Of a DNA stretch of 64,000 bases, positions 21,082 to 31,892 are shown in pieces. The position numbers were made by a program, and so were the translations under genes. The DNA lies in the NCBI GenBank assembly GCA_027623195.1, contig JAQBUT010000007.1:33757-97756 (forward strand). Reading direction: 5' to 3'. The notes beneath the pieces were generated by a model that ran no database searches, had not been told where the DNA came from, and worked only from the letters and a program-made list of their open reading frames with translations. The stretch is from Chloroflexota bacterium. GTDB lineage: Bacteria; Chloroflexota; Dehalococcoidia; Lucifugimonadales; JADFKI01. Positions within the stretch are counted from its first letter, which is position 1, and every line of letters starts with the position of its first letter.

Positions 21082-21516
21082 CTAAGCCTTGACTTCCACT
21101 CGTGCCTTCAGCGCCTCGTTCATGTCGTAAAAGCCCTGTTCTACCTTACGTAACATGCCGCCCATTAGAGGCACCATTATCCCGCCGAAGTGCTCACCGT
21201 GGACGAACGTGACTTGTCCTTCAGCTTGGGGCTCAATCATGAAGTAGTGCTGGCCAGTGAATAGAATCTTATGCAAGAACACGCCGACCCAACGCAATTC
21301 CCTGTTGGGTTCCACAGTCATAAGCCTGGTCTTGAATCCCATCGCTTTGCCACCGGGCGGTTCCATAAAGATGTCCAGATGGCCGCCTTGCCGCAATTCA
21401 CCGCTGGCTCTGGTTATAAATGGATTCCACTCCGGGAATTTCTCCAGGTCTGTCAGCACACTCCAGACGTTTTCGGCTGAGGCGTTAATTGCAATCTCCT
21501 TACGTATTTGTTTCAT
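21082..21516 (-). CDS. SRPBCC domain protein
   Basis: IAINASAENVWSVLTD..PEWNP, GEHFGG, MNEALKARVE. Confidence 0.88.
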   Translation of the reverse strand: MKQIRKEIAINASAENVWSVLTDLEKFPEWNPFITRASGELRQGGHLDIFMEPPGGKAMGFKTRLMTVEPNRELRWVGVFLHKILFTGQHYFMIEPQAEGQVTFVHGEHFGGIMVPLMGGMLRKVEQGFYDMNEALKARVEVKA

Positions 21517-21551
21517 GATTTCGCTCTCCTGACCAGCGTAAAATTAGGTTG

Positions 21552-22634
21552 TTACAACTCAGACTCAATTTTCCTTCGCAGCCTGCGGATCCACCACAAC
21601 AACATGCTATTGGAACGACCGCTGATTAAGGAAAAGGCGATAGCCCGATAGATCCAGCCCCGGCTAACTTTAGAAGGCCTTTCCGGGCTCAGCCATGCCT
21701 GATTAGCGGCCAGACTCGCCAGCGTTCCCAGTCCAATAACAACAGGCCAAAGCGCAGCCAGTCTTAGCCTCAGGTTCCGTCGTGGGATGGCCAGAACATA
21801 CCGCTTGGCTGCTTCGTAATGCTCCAACGTCAGCCTGATACCGTTCACCAACACAGGGCGGGCCTGGAGGCCTCTGCCGGGATCAAGAAGGTCCGAAGGC
21901 GTCAGGCCCAGTTCCATTAGCGCATCCGATGCCAGGTAGCATCGTCCAATACGCAGGTCTTTCGGAACATCCCTGAGCACGTTCGTCATCTGAAGAGCCT
22001 TCCCGAACCGCACTCCCAATCTGGACATTTCAACCACATCCCAGTGGCGTAGCGATGGCGTATAAGACACCATGATTGCCGTCCAGAACTCACCTACGCA
22101 TCCGGCGACATGGTACACGTAGTCGTCCAAGGCAATGGCGTTGCTCAGGGCAATAGCATCTCCCGAGTTTTCATCGGGGAAGGTCCGAAGGTCTATCTCC
22201 ATTCCCCGCGTCAACCCAACGACCACGGACCGCACGGCGTCCCCATCGTTATCAGGCAAACGCTCCATAAGCGCGAACGCCTCCGGTAAGGACCGTAAAA
22301 GCTCCACTTCCCTGGTTACCGGCTGAAGTTCATCCAGAGAGGCCCCTATATTTCGCAACATCTTGGGATTGGAGGGACCAGAAACCTGCGCCCTGAAATC
22401 CAAAATATGCCTCAGCCGTTCATCTGGGGGAACTAGGGTTGTGTCTGCAATGGTATCCGCCGCCCTGGCCAACAGGTACGCCAGACCAACAGGCTCGCGC
22501 ACGCCCCTGGGAAGTATCCGCAGTGTTAAGTAAAAGGACCTGGACACCCCTTTGAGGAGATCGGTGAGGAGGCGATGCTTATCGTCATGAGAAACGACGG
22601 GGGGCCTGTCGGAAGAAACCTTGTCGTCGGACAT
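21552..22634 (-). CDS. squalene/phytoene synthase family protein
   Basis: VSRSF, YLLARAADTIAD, YVYHVAGCVG, GKALQMTNVLRD..DL..GRCY. Confidence 0.88.
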   Translation of the reverse strand: MSDDKVSSDRPPVVSHDDKHRLLTDLLKGVSRSFYLTLRILPRGVREPVGLAYLLARAADTIADTTLVPPDERLRHILDFRAQVSGPSNPKMLRNIGASLDELQPVTREVELLRSLPEAFALMERLPDNDGDAVRSVVVGLTRGMEIDLRTFPDENSGDAIALSNAIALDDYVYHVAGCVGEFWTAIMVSYTPSLRHWDVVEMSRLGVRFGKALQMTNVLRDVPKDLRIGRCYLASDALMELGLTPSDLLDPGRGLQARPVLVNGIRLTLEHYEAAKRYVLAIPRRNLRLRLAALWPVVIGLGTLASLAANQAWLSPERPSKVSRGWIYRAIAFSLISGRSNSMLLWWIRRLRRKIESEL

Positions 22635-22644
22635 CTGATACAGC

Positions 22645-23187
22645 CTAGTTATTCAGGCCGCGCTGGAGACCGCGCACGTAGGAGATTTGCCCAAGATGCT
22701 GGTCCTCCTCACCGATAAGCTGCCGATACATCCTGGCCATGGAAAAGCTACGGAATCGGCTGACAGTACCGGCGGTCTCTGGAAACGGAGTGCGGTTGGG
22801 GACGTAATCGAAGTCGCTCTCGCCGAGACCTCGTAGAAACGCCAAGGTCTCCTGTCGGACGGAGGTGAAGTACTCCTGCAATAGGTCCTTCGGGAGGTCC
22901 GGGAAAGCGGCCAACTCCTCCACGGACAATCCGAAGCCACTGCCCTTCTCAGCCAGGCCCAGCCTCTCATGCCAGCGGTCACGCTGCCAAACTGCAGACT
23001 CGCCTTTGCCGAACGAGTTGGTCCACCCATCCTCTACCCTGGCCACATGCCAGTAAATAAAGGCGATTGAGTTGGCCTCCGGACTTGGCCTCCATGCCAT
23101 TTCCAGGCTGGTCAACGGCTCAATCGCCACATTGACCCGGCCATAATAATCCTCAAGGGTCTCTTCTATAAAATCGCCCAGCCTCAT
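22645..23187 (-). CDS. DinB family protein
   Basis: ANSIAFIYWHVARVED, QHLGQISY. Confidence 0.85.
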   Translation of the reverse strand: MRLGDFIEETLEDYYGRVNVAIEPLTSLEMAWRPSPEANSIAFIYWHVARVEDGWTNSFGKGESAVWQRDRWHERLGLAEKGSGFGLSVEELAAFPDLPKDLLQEYFTSVRQETLAFLRGLGESDFDYVPNRTPFPETAGTVSRFRSFSMARMYRQLIGEEDQHLGQISYVRGLQRGLNN

Positions 23188-23355
23188 GTCCGCTCCGTAG
23201 AATCTTAATGTATGTATACGCGCGCAACCGGAATTATCTCACGTTTGCGAGGGTTAATGTCGGCTGAGCACGGACACGGCAACGGGCGCGCCTGTAAAAG
23301 ATTAAGGAGTACCGAGGAAAGCAACTCTTCGGGAAAAGCCCTGCCAAAAGAGACT

Positions 23356-23895
23356 CTAGTTAACTGTAATTTTACCTGACATCAATTGAGGCTTCACGGC
23401 ATTACCGTCGTCGTCGTCCACGCTGCGAATTTCCAACAGAAGGTCCGAGGTGCCGGCTTTGAGCAACTCGATATCCAAGGTGGCCAATAGGGCCTCTTTG
23501 ATGTCGCCTTCCAGAAGACCAGGCAAGTCCACTGCCGTGATGTCTACTGAATCCGCCGGCAGTTCACTTACTATGGTCAGATTGAAATCCGGCAAGCTGA
23601 CGTTGGATATTCGTGCAATGCTGGGATCAGCGACCGATACGACCAGTGCGTAACCGGCTATACCTGTCTTGGCATCGTATATGTGTATGGGGATGGGCAC
23701 CACCTGTCCTACATTTCCAGAGCCTTCGGCTACTTGTATGCGGGAGCCGGTGACCGTGATGGCTGGCGGCGTAGTCGGCACTACTACTACAGCGGTGGTG
23801 GGCGCAGTAGGAGGGCCGGGGTCATCCGGTCCGCCAAAGCAGGCCACGGCCGCGAGCATGATTGTGGTAGCGATTAACAGGAAAAAAGTGCGCAT
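23356..23895 (-). CDS. lipoprotein with single archaeal-type cohesin-like domain
   Basis: Lipobox AVAC, Pro/Thr linker, then GIAGYALVVSVADPSIARI..LPADSVDITAVDL..LATLDI..GTSDL..VDDDDGNAV. Confidence 0.7.
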   Translation of the reverse strand: MRTFFLLIATTIMLAAVACFGGPDDPGPPTAPTTAVVVVPTTPPAITVTGSRIQVAEGSGNVGQVVPIPIHIYDAKTGIAGYALVVSVADPSIARISNVSLPDFNLTIVSELPADSVDITAVDLPGLLEGDIKEALLATLDIELLKAGTSDLLLEIRSVDDDDGNAVKPQLMSGKITVN

Positions 23896-24082
23896 AGCAA
23901 TTACCTAATCTAGTGCAGTCGCTCAGAATACTTCAATAGCCATACGACTAGATTACAGGTAAACTTTACGGTTATAGGAATAACTTGCGACTCGTTGCCG
24001 ATTATACGAGAGCTTGCCCTACGTGAACCCGCAAACCGCCCCTAAATAATTCAAGAGCAAAGTCATTGAATGCCGTACAAAT

Positions 24083-24379
24083 ATGAATAAAGTAGTTGTC
24101 AATATCGAGACTGTGAGCGATATAAGGGCCAGCGAAACAATGGCTGACCTGAGAAATGTCGTGGAGAACCTTTACTTTCCGATGCGGATTGCCGGCTTCT
24201 GGGATTTTCAAGCCGATGTTCACCTCTGTCCGCAGGAGGAACGCCGGCAGGATTGTCCGCACGGGCTTGGGGATGTTGAAGCCCGTAAGTCTGCTTACGT
24301 CGATACATTGCAGAAAGAGCGCAACGCCAATGTGGAAGTCTACTTTCCGCACGCCGGGATGACCTTCTACATGACCTGA
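24083..24379 (+). CDS. hypothetical protein
   Basis: Only protein-like ORF in the gap; no recognised motif. Confidence 0.55.
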   Translation: MNKVVVNIETVSDIRASETMADLRNVVENLYFPMRIAGFWDFQADVHLCPQEERRQDCPHGLGDVEARKSAYVDTLQKERNANVEVYFPHAGMTFYMT

Positions 24380-24494
24380 TTTTTTTGGATTTTGGATTTC
24401 CCGTCAAAGCGCCTGCCTCGCTGTGCTTGACCATGCGACGAAAAAGTAACTGAGAAAACACCCAATGGATAACCCACAACTGGAGGTTCCCACT

Positions 24495-26090
24495 ATGCCC
24501 ATTCCAAACCCAGCACGCCCTTCCCTGGCACCGTACGAGCTGTACCCCTTACAAGACCTATTGAGCAGGACATCAAAACGGCTTCCGGATAAGGTTGCCA
24601 TAATCGACGGTGACAGAACATTCACTTTCCAGCAATTGCAGTCCTATTCCGACAAGCTCGCTGCGGCGTTAACGGGCATTGGCGTCAGCCCTGGCGATAG
24701 AGTAGGTCTGCTGGCTCCCAACTGTGCCGAATTCGAAATAGCCTTCTTTGGCATCGTCAAAGCCGGGGCCATTGCGAGCACAATAAACTCTGGCTATCGC
24801 GAGCGGGAGATAGCCCATCAGCTCAACAACAGCGGCGCAGAGCTGCTAATCGTCCACGAGGCCATGCTGGAGATGGCGGAATCGGCGAAAAGCGACATTC
24901 CAGCGCTCAAGCGAATGATCGTTATTAAGGAAGGCTCGATTGAACCCACATCCTTCTGGGGAATAATCGAAGGCTCGACCTCCGAACCACCGGCGATAAA
25001 CGTAGACGCCTTGAATGACCTGGTCGCCCTGCCCTACTCAAGCGGCACCACAGGGTTCCCCAAGGGCGTCATGCTGACTCATCAAAACCTTACGAGTAAC
25101 GTTGAACAGCTCATCAACAGGCCTGGAGAGGCAGCAGTTTGCACCGAGAACGACGTTGTCCTTGTGCACCTTCCCCTGTTCCACATCTACGGCATGAACG
25201 TGATCATGAATCCCTGCATTGCTTTGGGCGCCACGCAGGTAATGATGGGCCGCTTCGATATGGAATATCTCCTCAGGCTACTGTCAGAGCATAAAGTCAC
25301 AGTTTTTTATTCCGTGCCACCGGTTGGACTCGGACTCAGCCAATATCCCGGCGTAGCGAAATACGACCTTAGTTCAATTAGATATGGGCTGTTCGGAGCA
25401 GCGCCCCTTTCTTCGGACCTGCAGGACAGGATTCAGGCGGCTCTGGGTTTCCCTATTATTCAAGGCTACGGTTTGACTGAGACCTCACCAGTGACCAACG
25501 TAGATTTCATAGAAGCCAACCGCCGAAAGCCCGGCTCCATAGGGCCGGCAACATCAGACACTGAGCAGAAAGTTGTGGACGTGGAGGACTTTACCAGGGA
25601 GGTCCCTTTTGGCGAGTCGGGAGAGCTATTGATCCGCGGCCCCCAGGTCATGCAGGGCTACTACAATGATCCGGATGCCAGCGCGGATACGCTAACGCCA
25701 GACGAATGGCTGCGCACCGGAGACATTGTCCGCATGGACGAAGACGGCTACGTCTGGGTTCTGGACCGCAAGAAGGAGCTAATCAAATACAAGGGCTTTC
25801 AGGTGCCGCCCGCCGAGCTAGAAGGCCTTCTGCTAGAGCATCCGGCCGTCGCCGACGCGGCCGTCATTGGCAAAGCCGACGAGGAGTCTGGGGAAATTCC
25901 GAAAGCCTTCGTGGTACGCAAAGCAGGCCAGCAGGTCTCAGCAGAAGACATCATGGAATTTGTCGCAGGCAAAGTTTCCACCTTCAAGCACGTGCGCGAA
26001 GTCGAGTTCGTCGAGGCCATACCCAAGAATCCATCGGGCAAAATTCTACGCCGAATTCTTGTTGAACAGGAGCGGGCAAAGTCTGGTTGA
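24495..26090 (+). CDS. AMP-dependent acyl-CoA synthetase (4-coumarate-CoA ligase-like)
   Basis: YSSGTTGFPKG, GYGLTE, TGD, DRKKELIKYKGFQV, SGKILRR; GGAGG RBS. Confidence 0.92.
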   Translation: MPIPNPARPSLAPYELYPLQDLLSRTSKRLPDKVAIIDGDRTFTFQQLQSYSDKLAAALTGIGVSPGDRVGLLAPNCAEFEIAFFGIVKAGAIASTINSGYREREIAHQLNNSGAELLIVHEAMLEMAESAKSDIPALKRMIVIKEGSIEPTSFWGIIEGSTSEPPAINVDALNDLVALPYSSGTTGFPKGVMLTHQNLTSNVEQLINRPGEAAVCTENDVVLVHLPLFHIYGMNVIMNPCIALGATQVMMGRFDMEYLLRLLSEHKVTVFYSVPPVGLGLSQYPGVAKYDLSSIRYGLFGAAPLSSDLQDRIQAALGFPIIQGYGLTETSPVTNVDFIEANRRKPGSIGPATSDTEQKVVDVEDFTREVPFGESGELLIRGPQVMQGYYNDPDASADTLTPDEWLRTGDIVRMDEDGYVWVLDRKKELIKYKGFQVPPAELEGLLLEHPAVADAAVIGKADEESGEIPKAFVVRKAGQQVSAEDIMEFVAGKVSTFKHVREVEFVEAIPKNPSGKILRRILVEQERAKSG

Positions 26091-26325
26091 CCGCCTGGTA
26101 CCCTGCGCTCTCTGAAAAACGGCATGAGCCAGGGTTAGCCAGGGGGCCTAGATTATTCCCACCACATCCCATACGGTATTACGTGTGTACTTTGTTCGCA
26201 GTACACACGTAGCTCGGACGATGTACATGTCTGTCGGGCGGGCAATATGCTATGTAGTATAATTAGCCGAATTTTGACGCCGACGTGACCGCTTTGTTCC
26301 GGATTTTCCGCATGGGCCGCCCCTA

Positions 26326-29300
26326 ATGTTCCCAGTGATCCGATTCGTTCGAAAAACACAACTCTTAGTGTTTTTCATACTGCTGCTTGTAATCGCAGGC
26401 AGCGCTCACGCCCACACGCCCTACTACACGGCCCCCGGTAATTTGGCTCCCACGCCGAAAATTGGTCAGACGCTGTCGGCCATGTTCCAGGGATATCTCA
26501 CGCAGACGCCCATTCAGCACTCCGCTGCGCTAACCGTTACAGCCGATGGTCTGGTTGCCGTGGATGCAACGGCTTCCGGCGACCCACTAACGCTGCTGGC
26601 CGACCTGGAAGCTCTCGGGATGAGGTACTCTGCCCAGGCTGGCATGGTAGTGTCTGGACTGCTTCCTATCTCAGCCCTCGAGGATGTCGCGGGGCTACAA
26701 AGCCTTCGAGCCGTTCGACCGGCGTACGCCCTAACGGCATCAACGCTGGCAGAGAGTCAGGGTTCGGTGGTAAGCCAGGGCGATGCGCTCATGAAGTCGG
26801 ACTTGGCCCGGGCCGAGTTTGGAGTGGATGGCTCCGGCGTAAACATCGGCGTCATATCCGATAGCTTCAATTGCCAGGGCGAGTACATAACCGATATCGA
26901 AAACGGAGACCTTCCTGACAACGTAAATGTTGTGCTGGACATTCCGAATTTCCTCTGTAAAACCTTAGGCACTGACGAAGGCCGCGCCATCATGCAGGTC
27001 ATTCACGACGTAGCCCCAGGCGCGGGTTTTACCTTTTACTCCGGCTTCGAGTCCACAATGCCCAGCTTCGTACGCGCCATCGATAGGCTGGCCAAAACAG
27101 AACAGGTGGACATCATCATCAGCGACTACGTTCATCTTAGCGAGCCTATGTTCCAGGACGGACTCATAGCGCAGGCCGTGAACTCGGCCGTCGCCAGTTC
27201 TAGCGTAGTCTACATAGCCAGCGCGGGAAACGGTGGCCAGGCCTCCTACGAAATCGACTTTGATCCAGGCCTATAGGATGACGAGGTTCCCAGTTTCTTC
27301 CCAGGTCTCACATTTAAACCCGATCCAGGTGCCCCCGGGTTCTACCCTACATTTTTCGGCGGGATAGCGCACGACTTTGACTCAGGCCCCGGCAAAGATT
27401 TCTTTCAGAGGATCATAGTTCCAGAGGGCACGGGAGCCCTCATATCTCTCCAGTGGGATTCGCCGTTCTTTTCCGCCACTGGCGGCGACGGCACACCCAA
27501 TGATTTAGATGTATTCATTTTAGACCAGCCCCTCGACGCTATAGGCGACCCGGTGGGCGAGCCCACGAAGATAATCGGCGGCAGTTCGGATAAAAACAAA
27601 GGGTTGGATGCTGTAGAGGTAATCGACTTCTTCAATCCCGCTGGCTCCGGCCAAACGTTCTTTAACATAATGGTCGTGCATTCGCGGGACAAGGACATCG
27701 GAGAAGTTGATGACCGTACTTTAACCGGTCCTACGCCCGGCAAATTCAAGTACGTCACCTTTCTGAGCGACATGACAATCGACCAGTACAACAGCGAAAG
27801 CGCCTCAGTATTTGGTCAGGCAGCGGCAAACGGCGCCCTGGCGGTAGGGGCCACCTACTACAACCAAACGCCCCATGTTCCTGAGAACTTCTCCTCCTAC
27901 GGCCCGACAGAGATTCTTTTTGATTCATTTGGCAACCGATTAACCCAATCAGAATTACGCCAGAAGCCTGACGTCATGGCCCCGGATGGTGTCAACATCC
28001 CGGGAACAACGCAGATAGGAACGCCTGATCCCGTTTCGGATGGCAACTATGAAGGGGACGGCATCCCGAACTACTTCGGAACGTCCGCATCGGCCGCGCA
28101 TGCCGCCGGCGTCGCTGCACTAATCAAGCAGGCCGCGCCGACCATATCACCGGCGACCCTTTTTGAAGCGATGCGTTCATCAGCAACCGACATGATGGCC
28201 CCCGGTTTCGATTACGACACCGGCTATGGCCTCATACAGGCCCACGCCGCTATTTCGTCGCTGGCCGACCTGACCATCACAAAGCAGGCCTCCGTGGACG
28301 CCGGGGACGTTGGCGATATGGTCTCATTCGTCATTACCGTCACCAACAACGGACCAGCCACCTCTACTAACCTGACATTGAGTGATGCTCTACCAGGCGA
28401 AATGTCATTTCAGGAACTTTCGTCTGACCGGCTTACCTGCGGACACGACTCCGGCACCGTGACGTGCACCATGCTTTCATTGGCTGCGGGCCAGTCAGCC
28501 TCTTCCACCGTGGAGGCCATTTTGCAGAGCCCAGGTTCCATCTCCAACGCGGCGTCTGTTTCAGGGGACCAGCTAGACCCCGACGACTCCAACAACGCTG
28601 CAACCGCGTCAATCGAAGTGTCCGGAACCTCACAGCCAGACCTGGCGATAACTAAGGTCGACACGCTGGACCCTATTAACGTCGGCGAACTCATCACGTA
28701 CCTGATCACAGTGACTAATCAAGGCACCGCCGAAGCGAACGGCGTAACAGTGACGGACGAACTTCCCAACGAAGTATCGTTCCAATCGGCCTCCGCCACC
28801 CCCGGCGATTGCGGGGAAACCAACGGCCTAGTGACCTGTGCGCTAGGAAAGCTTGGGGTTGGCGAGACAGCCACGGTCACTCTAGTAACGCTGGCATCGT
28901 CAACAGGCGCCATATCCAACACTGCGACCGTTGACGGCGACGAGCCCGACCTGGATATTTCGAATAACTCGGATGCCGAAGACACTACGGTCATTCTGGT
29001 ACCCACGCCCACGACTACGCCGACGCCGACGACAACGCCGACGACAACGCCCACGCCCACGACTACGCCGACGACAACACCCACGCCGACGACAACGCCC
29101 ACGCAACAGCCGGCCAACGACGACAGTCCCAGAATACGCAGCACGTCGGTGCCAACTCCAGAGCCCACGGCGGTTCCTACTGCCATACCCGCTATTGTGG
29201 ACACGCCGGTGCCGACGCCTGAGCCCACGCCAGCGCCGCCCACGCCAGCACCTACAGTCGCGCCAAAGCCGGTTACGACTCAAGCAATCGAGCAGGCCCC

Positions 29301-30681
29301 TATCGAAGAGGCGGCCGAGGTAATTCAGCAGATGCCGCCGGATGAAGCGGCCGAATTGTTGAAAGAGGTTGAGCTTGACCGGACCATCGAGATCCTGCTG
29401 GCCGTTGACAAGGACACGGCAGGGAACATCCTGGATAACATGTCCGTGGAAAGCCTAATAGAGATCATCGAACGAGCAGACCAGGAAACCTTGATCGCGC
29501 TGCTGGCTCAGATGTCGCCGGAGCAGTTCTTCTTCATACCTCTGGACGTGCTACTCGCAAACCTGCCTGGAGTATCCGTGGAGATGCTGGCCCGCGAGTT
29601 GGTGCCTCAACCCGACCCCCGGCTGTCGAATCCCACTTCTCAGCAGATTTCCGACGCCATTGTTGAATACCTGGTGCCCCGTACCATTGCCGACGCATGG
29701 GCCAAGATAATCGGAAGCCCTGCTCCACTGGACGCGGTGCTGGCCAAGTTCACGAAAGACTTGACCCAGATCCGCGTGGTGGTTGAGGACTTCACCGAGG
29801 TGCCGGCCAGTGCACCCCCGCTGCCACCAGAAGACATACTTAACTCCATATTCACGATCGATCTGCCGGACACGAGTCCGGAGGACATCTCTGTAGCCCA
29901 CGTCACTCTTTACCTGGAAAAAACATGGCTTGAAGAGAACCAAATCCACCCATGGTCTATTCGTTTTAATCGGCTGGACGAGGAACAAGGCGAATGGGTG
30001 CCATACCCGGCGAAGAGGGTGCGGGAAGACAACCAGCGCGTGTTCTACTCCGTCGGCATTCCTGGCTTCTCATTGTTTGCTATTACGGGGCGGGCGGAAC
30101 TCAGGGTTCCGGACTTCCAGGTTTCCAACCTGATCATCGAACCCTCGTCGCCGACTGCCAATCAGGCCATCAGCGTTCGAGCTAACGTAACCAATATCGG
30201 CAGCGAGCCGGCCATCTTCCCGGCAAGCCTGTGGATAGATGGCACAATTGAGGACAGCGAAGCCTTCGTGGTGCCTACGGGTCAGACGGCGGATCTGTTA
30301 TTTGCCATAGCGATGCCTCAAGGAACGTACGAACTGAGGATCGACCGCCTCCTGAGGCAGCTTGAGGTTCGCTCTATGCCCGAGGCCGTCGTCACGCCGA
30401 GGCCGTCGCCGACGCCAACTCAGACGGCGACACCCACACAGACGCCTACGCCGCAGCCCCTGGCTGTGGCAAGGCCAGAGCCTTCACAGACGCCCTTGGC
30501 GCCCACATCGACACCCGCAACGGAATTGGCGGCTTCGCCCAGCCCACCTGACGACATCGGACGAGGCACGATTTTCGTCGCACTGGCGGTGGTGGCAGGA
30601 GTCCTGGCAACCGCCCTGGTGGTGGGTCTGGCAGGGAACGGCTTTCGCGGTCCCAGCGACGGAGGAGGTGTAGGCGCTTAG
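26326..30681 (+). pseudogene. large surface protein: S8/S53-like peptidase, two DUF11-like Ig domains, Pro/Thr linker, helical repeat, PGF-pre-PGF domain, CARDB-like domain, C-terminal TM anchor; in-frame TAG at 27274-27276
   Basis: Both ORFs share one frame and only the TAG separates them; GVISDS, DEGRA..HDVAPG, SAGN, KPDVMAPDG, FGTSASAAH; ADLTITK..VTNNGP; WLEEN...GEW...IPGFSLFAITG. Confidence 0.8.
29002..29103 (+). repeat. coding Pro/Thr tandem repeat (PTPTTTPT...)
   Basis: Repeated CCCACGCCCACGACTACGCCGACG / CCGACGACAACG units. Confidence 0.85.
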
Positions 30682-30696
30682 CGCCCAGCCATGCAC

Positions 30697-30846
30697 ATGA
30701 GCAAACTCTGGTGGATGTACGTCACAGCATTTGTCGCCGGCATCGGCATCACAATCATGGGAATGATTCAGGGTGAAATAGCCTTTGTTGCCATCGGCGT
30801 TATAATAGGCGTCGCCCTGTACTTCAGCCGAGGGCAGATCAAGTGA
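30697..30846 (+). CDS. small two-TM membrane protein (49 aa)
   Basis: MSKLWWMYVTAFVAGIGITIMGMIQGEIAFVAIGVIIGVALYFSRGQIK; below ORF-track cutoff. Confidence 0.55.
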   Translation: MSKLWWMYVTAFVAGIGITIMGMIQGEIAFVAIGVIIGVALYFSRGQIK

Positions 30847-30932
30847 ATCTTATATAATCACCGCCGCGTCGGCCTTTCCCCCAAGGGTTCGGGAACGGCA
30901 AGACCTTCAGCGGATGCACACAGGAGACTTTG

Positions 30933-31859
30933 ATGGACATCGGCTTTGCACTACCCAATCTCATGGACAGCGACGAGATGCGCCTTTTCGCCCAATCAGT
31001 GGAAAACTTGGGCTTCGAATCCGTATGGGCGGCGGATCACATAATCCTTCCCGTCGACAAAACGGACCAGTACCCGTACACCGAAGACGGCTCGTTCACC
31101 CGTCCCTCCACTGCGCCATTCCTGGAAACGCTAACCATGCTTAGCTTCCTGGCTGCGTGCACGGAGAGGGTCCGCGTTGGAAGCACGGTCGTAATAGTCC
31201 CCTACCGTAACCCGGTCCTTCAGGCCAAGATGTTTGCCTCGATAGACGTGCTTTCCAAGGGCCGCGCCGTTTGCGGCGTAGGCGTAGGCTGGCTGGAAAA
31301 AGAGTTCCAGACGCTTGACGTACCCTACGCAGACAGAGGCCCCATGACCGACGAATGGCTGACAATATTCAAAGACCTTTGGACTTCTGAATTCCCGGAG
31401 CACAAGGGCAAGTACTACCAGTACGACGGGGTGCAGTTCTACCCCAAGCCTATCCAGAAGCCACACATTCCCATCTGGGTCGGCGGGCATACTCGACGAG
31501 CCATACGCAGGGTCGTGAAATTCGGCGACGCGTGGCACCCTACCCGACAAACACCCGAGTGGATGGAGTCCCAACTGCCATACATGCGAGAGTTCGCCCA
31601 CGAGGTGGGTCGCGACCCCAACGAGATTACATTGTCGCTGAAGCGCACTCTGCATTTCACTGATACGGGCTCGGACGTGGGCAGCCACGTGCGCTCCACC
31701 GGCAGCATGATTGGCACCACCCAAGAGGTCATCGACGACATCAAACGCTGCCGTGAGATTGGCATTACGCAGTTGACCTACGACTTCCGAACGCCGGACG
31801 TGCACGACTGCATACGCACGATGGAACATGTGGCCGAAAAAGTAGTCCCGGCAATTTAG
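30933..31859 (+). CDS. LLM class F420-dependent oxidoreductase (Rv2161c-like)
   Basis: GFESVWAADHI, RNPVLQAK, GVGVGW..EF, PKPIQKPHIPIWVGG. Confidence 0.9.
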   Translation: MDIGFALPNLMDSDEMRLFAQSVENLGFESVWAADHIILPVDKTDQYPYTEDGSFTRPSTAPFLETLTMLSFLAACTERVRVGSTVVIVPYRNPVLQAKMFASIDVLSKGRAVCGVGVGWLEKEFQTLDVPYADRGPMTDEWLTIFKDLWTSEFPEHKGKYYQYDGVQFYPKPIQKPHIPIWVGGHTRRAIRRVVKFGDAWHPTRQTPEWMESQLPYMREFAHEVGRDPNEITLSLKRTLHFTDTGSDVGSHVRSTGSMIGTTQEVIDDIKRCREIGITQLTYDFRTPDVHDCIRTMEHVAEKVVPAI

Positions 31860-31892
31860 CCATTGTCTGCATATTTCTCTATTATTCGGTCT

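Noticed and set aside
29002..29103. Short DNA repeats as possible CRISPR array
   Set aside because: In-frame Pro/Thr codon repeats without unique spacers; no cas genes
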